Shown: piece after piece, positions 1-11,954 of the stretch | How positions within the stretch are numbered: the first letter of the stretch is position 1 | How the letters are laid out: the number at the start of each line of letters is the position of its first letter | DNA from: Epiperipatus broadwayi | Lineage: Eukaryota > Animalia > Onychophora | NCBI GenBank assembly: GCA_028023455.1 | Contig: JAQFVV010000001.1 | Location: forward strand, 4,464,001-4,528,000 | Length of the DNA: 64,000 bases | Reading direction: 5' to 3' | Notes under the pieces: generated by a model | Told to the model about the DNA's origin: nothing | What the model saw: only the letters and a program-made list of their open reading frames with translations | Databases searched by the model: none | Program-made: the position numbers and the translations under genes

Positions 1-2166
1 CCTTGAAAATGACTGTATGGAGATAAAAAACCGTTGAAACGTTGGAGTTTTGTATTATATAAACATATATATTGCAACGTTTTTCGTATTACTAGGCCTC
101 TACACGCTAATATAAACTGCGCGTGAGTTGATCAAGCTATGTCAAAAAAGAAGAAAGTTATATTTCTATTCTAAAAACATAGCTATATTTCCTGATCAAC
201 TCGGCCTAGAATTATTGCTAAGTACAATCGTGAGCTGACTCAGTTTTTAATTTCTACATGAGGGCGCCAGAGTCGTTAGACCCACTGAGTCGGCGTCAAA
301 CATATTGTAACTCGTAAACTAAACAGAAAAAAAAAGTGCTTTTAAACTAATCGGTATTGCATCATACCGTAACGAGAACTAATTTTTTAAGATTATTATT
401 CCTGGGCTTATTCAAACATATTGGCAAAGGTAAATTACATTTTTAAATCTTATTAAACTACTAATAGATTTAATAATAAAAAATAATAACTACTATTAAT
501 AACGCACGATGAAAAGGTTGATAAAAGTATAATCTCTTTTATTCTAACAAACTAAAATATTTATAAGTTAAATTACGAATTAACTAAACTGGAAAGTACA
601 CACAGGCTAATCCATATAATGAATCGATTAACAAAAACAGTTAGATTAAATAATGAACGCAATTTAATAATGTTCCAAGATCTTGTATAAAATTCTTTAT
701 AAGAAAGTCCCTTGAATGTGAAAGTAAAGTCTATATCAGGATGGTAGTCTAAGCTTAGATAAATAATTGTTTGCAAACTTTTAAGTCACTATCAGGAAAA
801 TTTATTCTTAACTTACCGGTAAGTTCATGTAGGTTTATGGGATCCCAGATCATGAGAATTTCCATTGGTCTCTCCTGCCGGCGTCTTCCATTATTGTTCC
901 GTTCTATAGCTGGAGAAAAGGCACGGTTGTAGTGACCCTTTTATTGCAAAAAGCGGTCTTCACAAGTCCCGTTTCCATGCTTGCGTAACAGCTTGGTACA
1001 GCAAGGGGCATACCTGTGTAGAAGTATATTTCTTGCCACAGGTTATGCTCGTGGAAACCTCCAACTTTCAGAGACGTAACTAGAAGTTAAAGAGAAGACC
1101 CAGATTGAAGTTGTCATCTCCTTTTTATATCGCGCTCCATTTTTGGAACTTCTGCGCACTCTTTTGTCTTTTTATCAGCGTATAAGATAATAATCTTATA
1201 CACTCTCTCTTAAATTTAAGTTACAAAGTTCTCTTTTTTTTTAGCATTATTCTTCCATCTTTAATTAGCTAAAATATTTTTCTTTTAGCTTATACTTTTG
1301 GAATTCTTTTAATTTATCTGGATTAGTAATATGTATGTCATTTATTCTTTCCAATTAGATAAAAAAAAATAAGAATGACAATTTTAACCTTCATTGCACG
1401 TTTTAACAAAAATTATACTAATCAAAAAAAAATCTAAATTTACTTTTTTAGCTTTTACCAAATGCCAATATATTTGTAACGTATATAAATAAACATTACA
1501 ATATGTTCAGTATTGATATAAAAAAAATAAAGTTTTTGAAAAGAAAAAGAAGGATTGTTGATTTGTTGATAATTCCATGATCTTAACATTTGATGCCTGC
1601 CTATGAATCAAGTCTTTGCCTCTATTTCTATATTAGCCTATATCAGACCTATATAACTATACAAGCAAGTTGACTTGGATTCAGAACTGTAGGATTTTTT
1701 TGCCTCTCAGATTAATAGTTTGGATACTATAAAAAAGTTAAAAGATGACTATGTAGTTAGTGCATTTTTGGTTTTTCTTTGAAAGTGGCCAATAATCAAA
1801 AACTAGTCTGAAGATGTGGTTATTGTCATTGATTAGTTAAGTTTACAATAGATGACTCTGGAATAGAACCATTAGAGTGAATTATTGCCATTAAATGCAG
1901 ATATTGAATGTAAATAAAAAAATGTCAAATAGGTTTTGTTGTTTATAATCTTTTTTTTAAAATTATTATTGTTTGTTTGAAATGAAAATAATTGCATTGT
2001 ATTCTATGGTTTTATTTTATGTCAAAATAGATTTTGATATGTATTTTTTTTTATTGTTGTTGTTGTTGATATATATATATATATTGTTTATAGGATATTA
2101 TATAAATTTTATTAATTCATTTTTGAAATATCAAACATATTTTTATTGTCATTGTAGATGTTTCAG

Positions 2167-2310
2167 AAAAAAATAAAGATTCATCTGCTTCCAGCAGTCA
2201 CTCTCAAAGTGGTCGTAGATCTCCAGCTTCACTACGAGCTCTTTGGAGGAAGGCTATTATGGAGCAAATCCTGTTAATTCGTATGGAAAAGGAAAACAGA
2301 AATTTAAAAG
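2167..2310 (+). CDS. TBC1D1: TBC1D1/TBC1D4-like (AS160/pollux) Rab-GAP, internal coding exon with the calmodulin-binding helix
   Basis: Acceptor tttcAG ends at 2166 and donor GT starts at 2311; the exon is 144 bp, phase 1-1. It translates as xKNKDSSASSSHSQSGRRSPASLRALWRKAIMEQILLIRMEKENRNLK, matching the conserved LWxKAIxxQILLxRMEKENxxL segment of TBC1D1/TBC1D4. The symbol is family-level; TBC1D1 and TBC1D4 are vertebrate paralogues. Confidence 0.93.
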
Positions 2311-5300
2311 GTATTTTTCATTACATATTGTAACCAATTGGGTTACATGGTACACAGCAACATAGTTGTATGTGTGCACAAATATATATATAAAGTTGAA
2401 AGGAAAAGTAGAAATAAACACAGACAAAAATTTATAGATATTTTTCTACACTATCCTGGAATAATAAAGAGTTAAATAACTCTGAATTTAAAATAAAATT
2501 CTATTATGAAATAAAGATTTTAAAAGGCCTAATAAATATTATTTATTATTCTGATTTTGAAATTTAAAAACAAACAGGGTTTATTTTTGAAATCTTTTAA
2601 TTAAAACTTGTATAAAATATCTATTGTTTATTATTAATGCTTGTTTACAGTTCTATTATCTATTTTTAAAAAATCTTTAATAAGATTTCCAAATGTAGCT
2701 TTTGTAAGAGCTGACCAGAAAGTCTAGAAATTGGCCAGCTGCAAAGTTTCTCATATTAATTTCTTGAAGACAGTTCTTGTCTTAATATTTTTGAGAAGCA
2801 GCTAGCTAAAAGTTAGCTGCTAATTCCGGTTTAAATTTTTGAGGAGCAGTTGGCTAGAAGTTTTGCAGTACTGCTGAAGGTAGTTTTCCAGAGTTAAAGA
2901 ATGAACATGAAATAATTGAAGGCAGTTTAGTAGATCCAGGAGCTGCTACTATTTTTCTTCACAAGAGTTTTGATTTTCTTGAAGCTGGGTCACTTCTGAA
3001 TCAATAGTCTGAACAAATGAGGACAAAATAGCTTGCTTGCCTGAAGCTTATCAAATCTAGTCTAAGTGGAACCAACTGCAGAAAAGAGAAAGCCAACAAA
3101 CCTGATTCTCTGCCTGATAATGGCAAGCCAGACTACCACTTTGCCCAAGAGTACCCCATCAGTTGCTGAAGAAGTAATTATACTCTGATGTATCTATATA
3201 CAGAGAAGCACAGTGAGTAGCGTTATATATTAAAAATGACATTCTAAAAGTGAGATATATAATCTATAACTATTATTTTCAATCATTTATTGAGAAAACA
3301 ACAAAACATTTTGAAATTTATGTTTTTAATTGTATAAAACAATTTTATTTTTCATTTATTAAAAAAAAAAAGAATAAATGATTCTAATAATTTAAATTTT
3401 ATTAGATGTCAATTGAAATATTTCCTTATATATTATAAAATGCATGTCTGTGTACGGATATATATATATGCATTTGTGAAAACCTATTAAGATGTATTGT
3501 AAATCAATGTAATAACTTTAGTTGTGCATAGTAATTTTGTAAATCACAAATGTGATAATTTCTTTTGTTGTATATTAATCAAAATCAGAAATCTTAATTT
3601 CATGTATAGCCATATAGACCTTAATTTTAATTTTTTGTTATTGTTGTTAATAAACTTGAATTCAATTTTAAGAAATTGTATTGCATCATCTCTTAGTCAC
3701 AAACAGTAATGAGCTTATGTTCTGTGAGCTAGATTCGAGCATGGAATGAATATATAAATGGGGATGTATATTAGTGCTTTATGGGCAGCCAGTATGACAT
3801 TGTCCTGGCTTGGCATGAGGATTATATTCTTCAAAGACCATGCACTACATTTTATTTTAGTTTAGTCTTATTAGAATTTAAAGTTACTGTCAGCCAGTAC
3901 ATTTATGGTACTAAGTGGCCAGAGCATTGATGATGATCAGCATATTTTAATGTTCCAGCATTATTGTTTTTGATTATTATGTATTCTAATGAATGAGCAC
4001 TTAAGTTAGTGCATCCAACTTAATGTTTGAATAATTGCTCCAAGTTGGCAAAGGCTCAAAGCTTAGCCTGGTCTATGGAAGACCCATTTCCAATCGAGTC
4101 ACCAGATTGATGTTTGATTTATATTTTTTAGTGTTCAAATCCAGTCACCAGATGAACTGTTGATTTTTTTTGATGGATCATTCATAATCATGAATGATAT
4201 TTTGAGTATTATTCATTACTAGTAATTACTGTGACTTATTATAATGCTGGTTGATGGTTAATTATTATGGTTGCTGTGAGGACTAACTGGCTGATCTCTC
4301 TCTCTCAAGAGATTCTCTATGAGCTCATGCTCTCTTTTATTATATAACATTACTTATACATTTTGGATGTTAAACATTACTTTAACTTTTTATTATTATT
4401 AATATCTTACTTAAAAATATACTTTTTGAAAATTTTAATTTTACTAGAGATGATGATGATTTGCCATTACTCCAGTTTCCACCCTGTACCCCCTATATCG
4501 ACAACAATTAACTTCAAAACTAACTGTTGCTGTTTCTCTTTATTTATTTGACTGCAGTTATTAAAATAATTTTATAATACAACAGTTGTAATCAAGATTT
4601 ACATTTTATTAATAATGGCAAAAAATCTTTCCAGTATTTTAGGATTAAACAAATACAATACAGACTTATATGATGGAGAGCAATGAGAGAAAATGCTTAT
4701 AAATTACACTGGTTTATTTTTCTATTATGCATTACATTTTGGAAAGCACTGAAGTTATTATTTTTGATGAAGTTGCTTTGAAAAATGTATTAGTATATGT
4801 TATCAATATTAAAAAGATATTTAATGCTAATCTGAGTTGCTTAAAAAAATTTTCAGACTCCGCAAACCAATTCAACCAACCTGCCAATATTGGTTGATAA
4901 ATGGATATCTAGTTATTCTTAGTTCAAAATAAAATAAGGATGGAAACCACTTAAATTTTTACAATCCAGCAATTGGAAAACCTAATGAATATTGCCTCCT
5001 TCAATGTTTTTTTTTTTTTTTTTTGAGATGTTAATAGAAAGATCTAGCTCTTATAATAGGATATTTAATGGCTGTTTTACCATATCGTTTATTAACTTTA
5101 TTAGTTTTTAAGATAGAATCAACATTTTCAAAGATATATGATTTTTTTTTGGAAGAAGGAAAATGTAAATTCAAAATCTATATTTCAATATTGTCTTCTG
5201 ATTATAGTAGGTTTTGTTTTCTTCTTCTCTTAATTAATATTTTATGATATATAGATTGTTAAGTAATTTTGTTTGAATAGTTATTGCCATTTTAATGATT

Positions 5301-5899
5301 TCTGCTAAGAGTGATTGTGATAGCTCAATCCTATTGAACTGATTTTATTTTATTTGATGTTCTAAAAAATATATTATTGAAGATATGTAATGCAATCATT
5401 GGTGGTGGTGTTTTTTTTTAACAAGAGAATGAGTACTTAAGATTGTCTAACCATGTTTATTTTTTTATAAGTTTCATTCCTTTCATTTATTAATATTCTC
5501 AGAAAGATTGCATATCATTTTTTACTTAATTAATGAACATTTAATGATTGTTTATCATTGAAAAACATTTTGTTTTTTGCCAATTTATCACAAAAGGATT
5601 TTTTTTTAGTAGTTGATACATTTGATATCATTCTTATGTAGTATTTCTGTTGGATATCTTAACTGGAAAAAAGAATATCATATAATTTTTTTTTTATTAT
5701 TTAATAAGTGATTATAATAAAATAATTACTTCTCCCAATTTTTTTTCCTACAAATTAATATATTGCTGAGACACTTTAGGTAAAGCTAAGACTGAATTGA
5801 TTGTAATGTGAAAATATTATTATTTTCTTAAGAACTGATAATTTTGTATGGTTGTATGTTTCTTATTGAAGATTACTACCATTATTAATAAGCTTACAT

Positions 5900-7350
5900 A
5901 AAACATTTCTGTTATAGATATATCATTTTTCGTTTTTTCCGGAGAAATGATAAGTCCTAAATATCAAACAACCTGCCAAGTCTTTTTGTTCGGGCTCCAA
6001 CATTGCAAGACTCCTCCAAATAGTCTATTTGTATATATTTTATATTTTTTTTGTCTCTGAGTATATGACAATTAATTTACTTTTTTTTTTTCCACTTTAT
6101 AATTCTCTCAATAAATAACTGCTTTCTATTCTATTTAACATTGTAAATTTTATTTTTTTTAAATTGATTTTTCCATTTTACAAATCTGAATCTCAAAAAC
6201 CTCCAACTTTTAATACCTCTTATTCTAAAATCATGAACATCTTTAGAGGATTAAAATTCCTGTTTTAATTCCAATTTCCATAAACCACAAAATAACTTTT
6301 AATCTTTATCAAGAATCTGTTTAGTTTTTGTAATTTTCACTTTCACTGTTTCCTTAAATAATTTTCTAAACATACACTCTTTAGCATTTTATTATCTCAT
6401 TTTTTAATTATAGCTATAGGTTTTGATGTTTTCGTTTTTATTCTAAATTTTTTACAAACATTTCAACCATCCTAATTAATAATTTATTAAGTTTATTTTT
6501 GATATCTTCAGTTATTTGCCGTGTTTTTAACAGTTCTGATGTGTTCAATCTTTATTTCTAACTTTATTTTTATTATAATCAAATTTATTTAGTAAATAAG
6601 AAATAAAATAGGAGACAGTCATTATACTTTCCAATACCTGACTTATCTATCTGTTCTATAATAAGAATTGTTTAATCTTGCAAATATTTTTTTAATTTTA
6701 AATAGATTTTTTATCAGTATTTTCTCTTAAAGTTTACTCTTTCCTTCTTCAAATATTCAATTCATACTATTAAAACTTTTTCAAGACTTAAATTATATCA
6801 TAGTACCTACCCTGTTTTTAAATCTGAATTACTTTTCAATATAAACATGTTAAACATACTATTAATATATTTACTCAATATTCTCAATAAAATCTTAGCT
6901 GCATGTGAGATAAAACTTATTTTTCTAAAATTTCAGCATTTTATTGCATTGATTTTTTTTTCTAAAGGAAACATAAATGTTGAAATAAAAATCTAGTGGT
7001 CATTCTCCTGACTGATAGATTGCATTATGTATAACTAATTTTCTTACTCTTCCCCCCAAATTTTTTTTTTATTAATTCAAATGGAATTTTAAGAAATTCT
7101 CTATATCCTTTGCCTGACTTCATTTCAGTTATAGCTTTTACCTTTCCTTGTTTTATTATTAAGCAACTCATTTCATCTTTATTGACATCATTTTATTTTT
7201 ATATTATTTTTCTCATACTTATCACCTATCTACTCCTTTCTTTCTTTATATATCTTTTCTCTACTAATAACTTTTAATTCATATTATATTACATTCCTAA
7301 AACATTGCTTTTCCTACCCAAAGTATTTTTTATCTTACTATATAAATCAA
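5900..7350 (-). pseudogene. Heavily decayed RTE-clade LINE reverse transcriptase remnant
   Basis: Minus-strand translation around 7010-6860 gives SGE*PLDF...RKKINAIKC*NFRKISFISHAAKILLRIL, resembling the RTE motif TGEWPxDF...PKKxNAxxCxxFRTISLISHASKILLRIL. Many stops; boundaries are approximate. Confidence 0.6.
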
Positions 7351-8328
7351 GTCAAACGGCTTTTAGCAGTCTCTAAAGTTGAATAATTATTATGATATAA
7401 TTCCTTTTTTTTTTTTTTTTTGTAATTTCTTTTTACATAATGCCTTTTTATTATTTTAATTGACAAAAGTATATTAGTTATTTCATATATATATAAACAG
7501 TTGTCTGATATCTTTATTATATTTTTATTAGTAATTTCATCAACTTCAACCTTTAGTCATGCACACTCATGTGTCAACTTTAACTATATTCGCTCTGAAA
7601 TAAAAATGAAAATCTTTAAAATCAAAAGAATTCAAGAAGTATCTGGTTTGAGTTTTATCAGTTGTTACCTCTTGCTAATTTGCAAGATATGAACCATGAA
7701 GATAAGTTGAAGGGAAAAAAGATTTTTGTAATATTACGCTTTAATTCAAAACTTTTACTTAATGGAAAAACAGTCATACTTAATCATTTGAAATATATAT
7801 TAACATTATTTAGTTTACTGCATATCTCAGGTCAGTGTTGAATTTAAGTTGATGAAAATTCTTTTATATAGATGATATAAATTATTAATGCTTTTTTTTT
7901 CTCTCTCAAAAATAAATTTTTTAAAGCTGAGTAAAACAAACTACAACAATTAAAAATACTAATTAGAAACCCCTAGAATTACAAATGCAGGAACAAAAAA
8001 AAAAAATAGCCAGTTTTACTAATATTATTTATCTGAATATTTTTTATCAATTCCACAATATTAAATTTCTCTAATTTTAAATTACATTTAAATTTTCTCT
8101 CTTTCATAATTTAAAACATTTTTTTCCTCTCCCAAATATTAAATAAATTTTTTAAATCTGAGTAAAGAAACTTGGGTATTTATAAACCTACAATAATTAA
8201 AATACTGAATGGAAAAATATTTTTGTATTACATGTGCTAATTTTAAACTTTATTTAATTAATTAAAGAAATGTAATATCAGATTTTCTTGAGTAATTTGA
8301 TTTAATTCTTATCAGTATTTGATAAAAT

Positions 8329-9412
8329 GCTACTCATCTTTTAGCTAAAGATGCCGCTCTATGGCGCTGTTTTCGCGCCAAAACACATAAAAATGCTGTT
8401 TCCGCGGCCAACACGTTCGAACCCGTGTTTTCTATAATACAACTTTTTTGTTGTGCTACAGAATGCAGGCCGCTACATCGCGCCGCAGTAGAGCATGTAT
8501 GTCGCATAGCAGCAAATACATTTTCCAAATTCACACAATTTATAAAATAATTACGGCTTGATGAGAGAGTTTGTATTTGAATTGTATTGAAATGTTGTTT
8601 TCATTGGATTTTTTTTAATTTTAAAATATTGAAATGTTCAGATTTTTTAAAGCAATAATTATAAGACTTTTTACAATGTACTGTATTGTACTTTTATTTG
8701 GGAAAATGTTAAATATCTATGTTTTTATTGAGTTGCAATTAGGTAACATGTCAAATAACGTACTGTTAGTAACATTCCACGAGACAAAGAAGATTTTACC
8801 GTCTGTATATTTTTGAAGTAAAAAAGAGCGGTACGAAAAAAATATCCAGTAAGAAAAGTCCAAATATACAGGTTTTTTTGTAAATTTCATAAAAAGCAAA
8901 TATTATAAACATGTTTAATAAGTAAAGAAGACATTTGTATGTGTTTGTTGTTGTTGAAAAAAGTTTGAGTTTCTTTATTTTGTCCGAGTATGGTTACGAT
9001 TTTGAATTTTTTTATTTTAGCATTACAAACAACAGAACACTAACCCTAAATCTAACCGTAACAACTTTTACTTTTATTACGATTGTTATTTTTTAGTTAA
9101 ACAACAACAAAAAAAGTCGTAACACAAGTAAAAAAATATCCGATAGAAAATTGATTAAAAAAAAGCCGTAACACAATTTAAAAAGTATACGATATAAAAA
9201 ACACGAATCAAATTGTAATTTTTGATTTTATTTTACATTTATTATTATCATTTAAATTATATACGTTAATAAAAAATAATATTTAAAAAAGAGGATTTTT
9301 TTTTGTTTTTATTTTCACATTACAAAAAAGCACAGAAAAATTATTAAAATCAACGGTCCGTGACGTGAAAACGGCGCCATCCAATGGCATCTTTAGCTAT
9401 AAGATAAGCACC
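8329..9412. mobile_element. Non-autonomous TIR DNA transposon, probably Merlin-related
   Basis: Left end gctactcatcttttagctaaagatgccgctctatggcgctgttttc matches the reverse complement of the right end, ggtgcttatcttatagctaaagatgccattggatggcgccgttttc. It is CpG-rich and shares the CCGCTCTATGGCGCTG motif and following sequence with the Merlin element at 60651. No matching TSD and no transposase ORF were seen. Confidence 0.7.
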
Positions 9413-10149
9413 GAAATTAATAATCTCAGAAAGAGATTATTTTCTAATTATTTACAAACATATTCATACTTTGTTTTTGAATTCTATGAGTGAAAGTGTA
9501 GGAATAGACAAACACACATCATTTATACTGTCATGAAATGGGAAAATATGCTCAAAAAAACAATTTTAAAATAAAGTGATAGTAGTTTTTAGATTACTTA
9601 AATAAAGTTTATTATTCAATAACAAGCTGTGTTGTAAGTATAATATTTTAACAATAGCATGCATTAAATATGTATGTATGTACACATATGCAATTAATTG
9701 GATTAAAGGACTATTTTTAATTAATTTACAGTATATACACAATATATATGAAACTATTTTTTTTACTATGATTTCAACATTATGAATAAAATAAAAATTA
9801 TTACTGCATGTATAAACTTCACAATTCAGAAACAAAACAACCTATGTATAAAACATTTTATTTTTTAATTTATACATTTAATCTATATTGAAAAACAAAT
9901 AAACATTAGTATTTCTATCTATTGATTAAAAACAGAGCAGCATTAAAATAATGATTTTATTTGGTAAAGGAGACCCATTAAACATGGTTGATTTAATCAC
10001 AAGATAAAATTTTTACCCTATTTTTAAATTATTAAAAAAAAAAAAAGTATATTCATCATCGACAAGATTCACTAAACTCCAAAGTGGCTTGTAACTGTCA
10101 TTGGGGCTTTTTATTCATGCAAGGAGTAACATATATATATATACAACAG

Positions 10150-10665
10150 TAATCATCATCATTTTCAACCATTATTGATCCAATGCAGGATGAAGAGCTC
10201 TCCAAGTTCAGTCCATTTTCGATCTCTAGCCTTTTTTCTCCACATCACCCCAATACATGTCCTTATTTCATCCATCTATCTTCTAGATCTTTTACAATCA
10301 CTTGGAATCCAGTTTAAGATTTCAATTGTCCATCTATTATCATCTCTTCTAGCAATATGTCTTGCCCAACTCCACTTCAGTCTCTTAATTTTTTCAATGA
10401 TGTCAGTAACATTTGTTTGTTTTCTCACCCATGTATTTCGTTTTTGATTTCTTCTTGTTACTCCTAACATTCAGTTCTCCATACTTCATTGAGTGGTCCA
10501 AAGTCTCTATATTGCTCTTCTGTTAAGTGTTCAGTCTCAGATCCATAAGTAAGAATTAGAAACACATTTATTAAAAATCCTTCTTTTCAAATACCTAGGT
10601 ATATTTCATTTTAATATTATTTTTACCAAAGGGATTAATTTCATCCATTATGTTTCTATCTGTAG
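10150..10665 (-). mobile_element. 5'-truncated, internally deleted copy of the RTE LINE found at 25289-28260
   Basis: Minus ORF 10276-10470 (MLGVTRRNQKRNTWVRKQTNVTDIIEKIKRLKWSWARHIARRDDNRWTIEILNWIP) is nearly the same as the C-terminus of ORF 27175-28245. It has the same (GAT)n 3' tail, read as taatcatcatcat on the + strand. Confidence 0.9.
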
Positions 10666-11954
10666 TAAAGTAATAATAACAGCAATAATTGTAATATATA
10701 TAATAAAAATAATACAGAAAAGTATTTTTTGGCAAATATTTATTTTTGTTCTTTTCAATTTGATGGAACTATTTTAAAGCTTTAATTTACATTGTATGTA
10801 TAGCGACATCCATCTTTTTTATTTATAAAATTAACTAGTACCACTTATAATAATAATAAAATATGTACAAGGAAGCAAAAAAAGCCTGTACAAATGTATA
10901 CTATATAATTTTCCATTCATTTTTCATTAGCCAATTATTAGTTAAATTTAATTGATGTTTTGTATATATTCACACAGTTGTGTTTATTGTAATTATTATA
11001 ATTCAATTTATATATTGTCCTATTTTTTAATATAGTTTGAACATTTTATATTTTTTACACAATCTATTTTATGTTCATATTTTAAATAATGAGCATATAG
11101 ATATAATGCAGATTTATCATCTTTTATTAATAGAAGAAAAAAAAATTATGAAAAATTGCATTATTATGTTCTTTTGCTTTTTCATTTAACTGTTTACCTA
11201 TATATCTAGAGAGATATTTAGTCAAAATCTTGTTGAATAGGAATATATAAGTGATTAGTTGTTTTTTGTTTTTTTTTTAATGAATAAGAAATCAGGCTTC
11301 TTTGATTGATAAAAATCATTACACAATGTTTAGTAAATTTAAATTGTTAAATAAAGTAAGTATTTTAAAGCCTACACCAATTTAAAACATTGTACTGTGG
11401 ACCCCAGGGTACACCATTTTTATATAAAATATTAGTTTTATAGTTTATTATTTCTGTAGATTGATTTTTTTTTGTTTTATTATTAAAATATATACATTAA
11501 AATTAATTGTTATTGTTATTTTTGACATATGTTTTGAACTCTTTATACATAAATCATTTTTAAGGAAGTTTTTTACATACATACTCTCTGACACACACAT
11601 ATATACAACATTTGCTTAATAATGCCAACTATTAAATTAATAATGGAATATAAAATTAATCCCACTGAAATAGAAATAATCTATGATTTGCAGCAAATGG
11701 AAGAAATTAGAAATCTGATGAATGTTATTATTAATGTGCAACAGCAAAAGTATAGTTCATAATAAATTGACAGTCTATTATATTATGAAAAATTAAATAA
11801 TAATAATTAATTAATAAGTCAAGCAACATTAATAAATATTATGTAGTATAGGTAGATTGTTTTGAACTATAAGAAATGTTAATTTTGAATTTATTAGCAG
11901 TATGTATAAATAATCATTTCTAAGGCTTGTATTTTCTATATTATTAATCTTATG

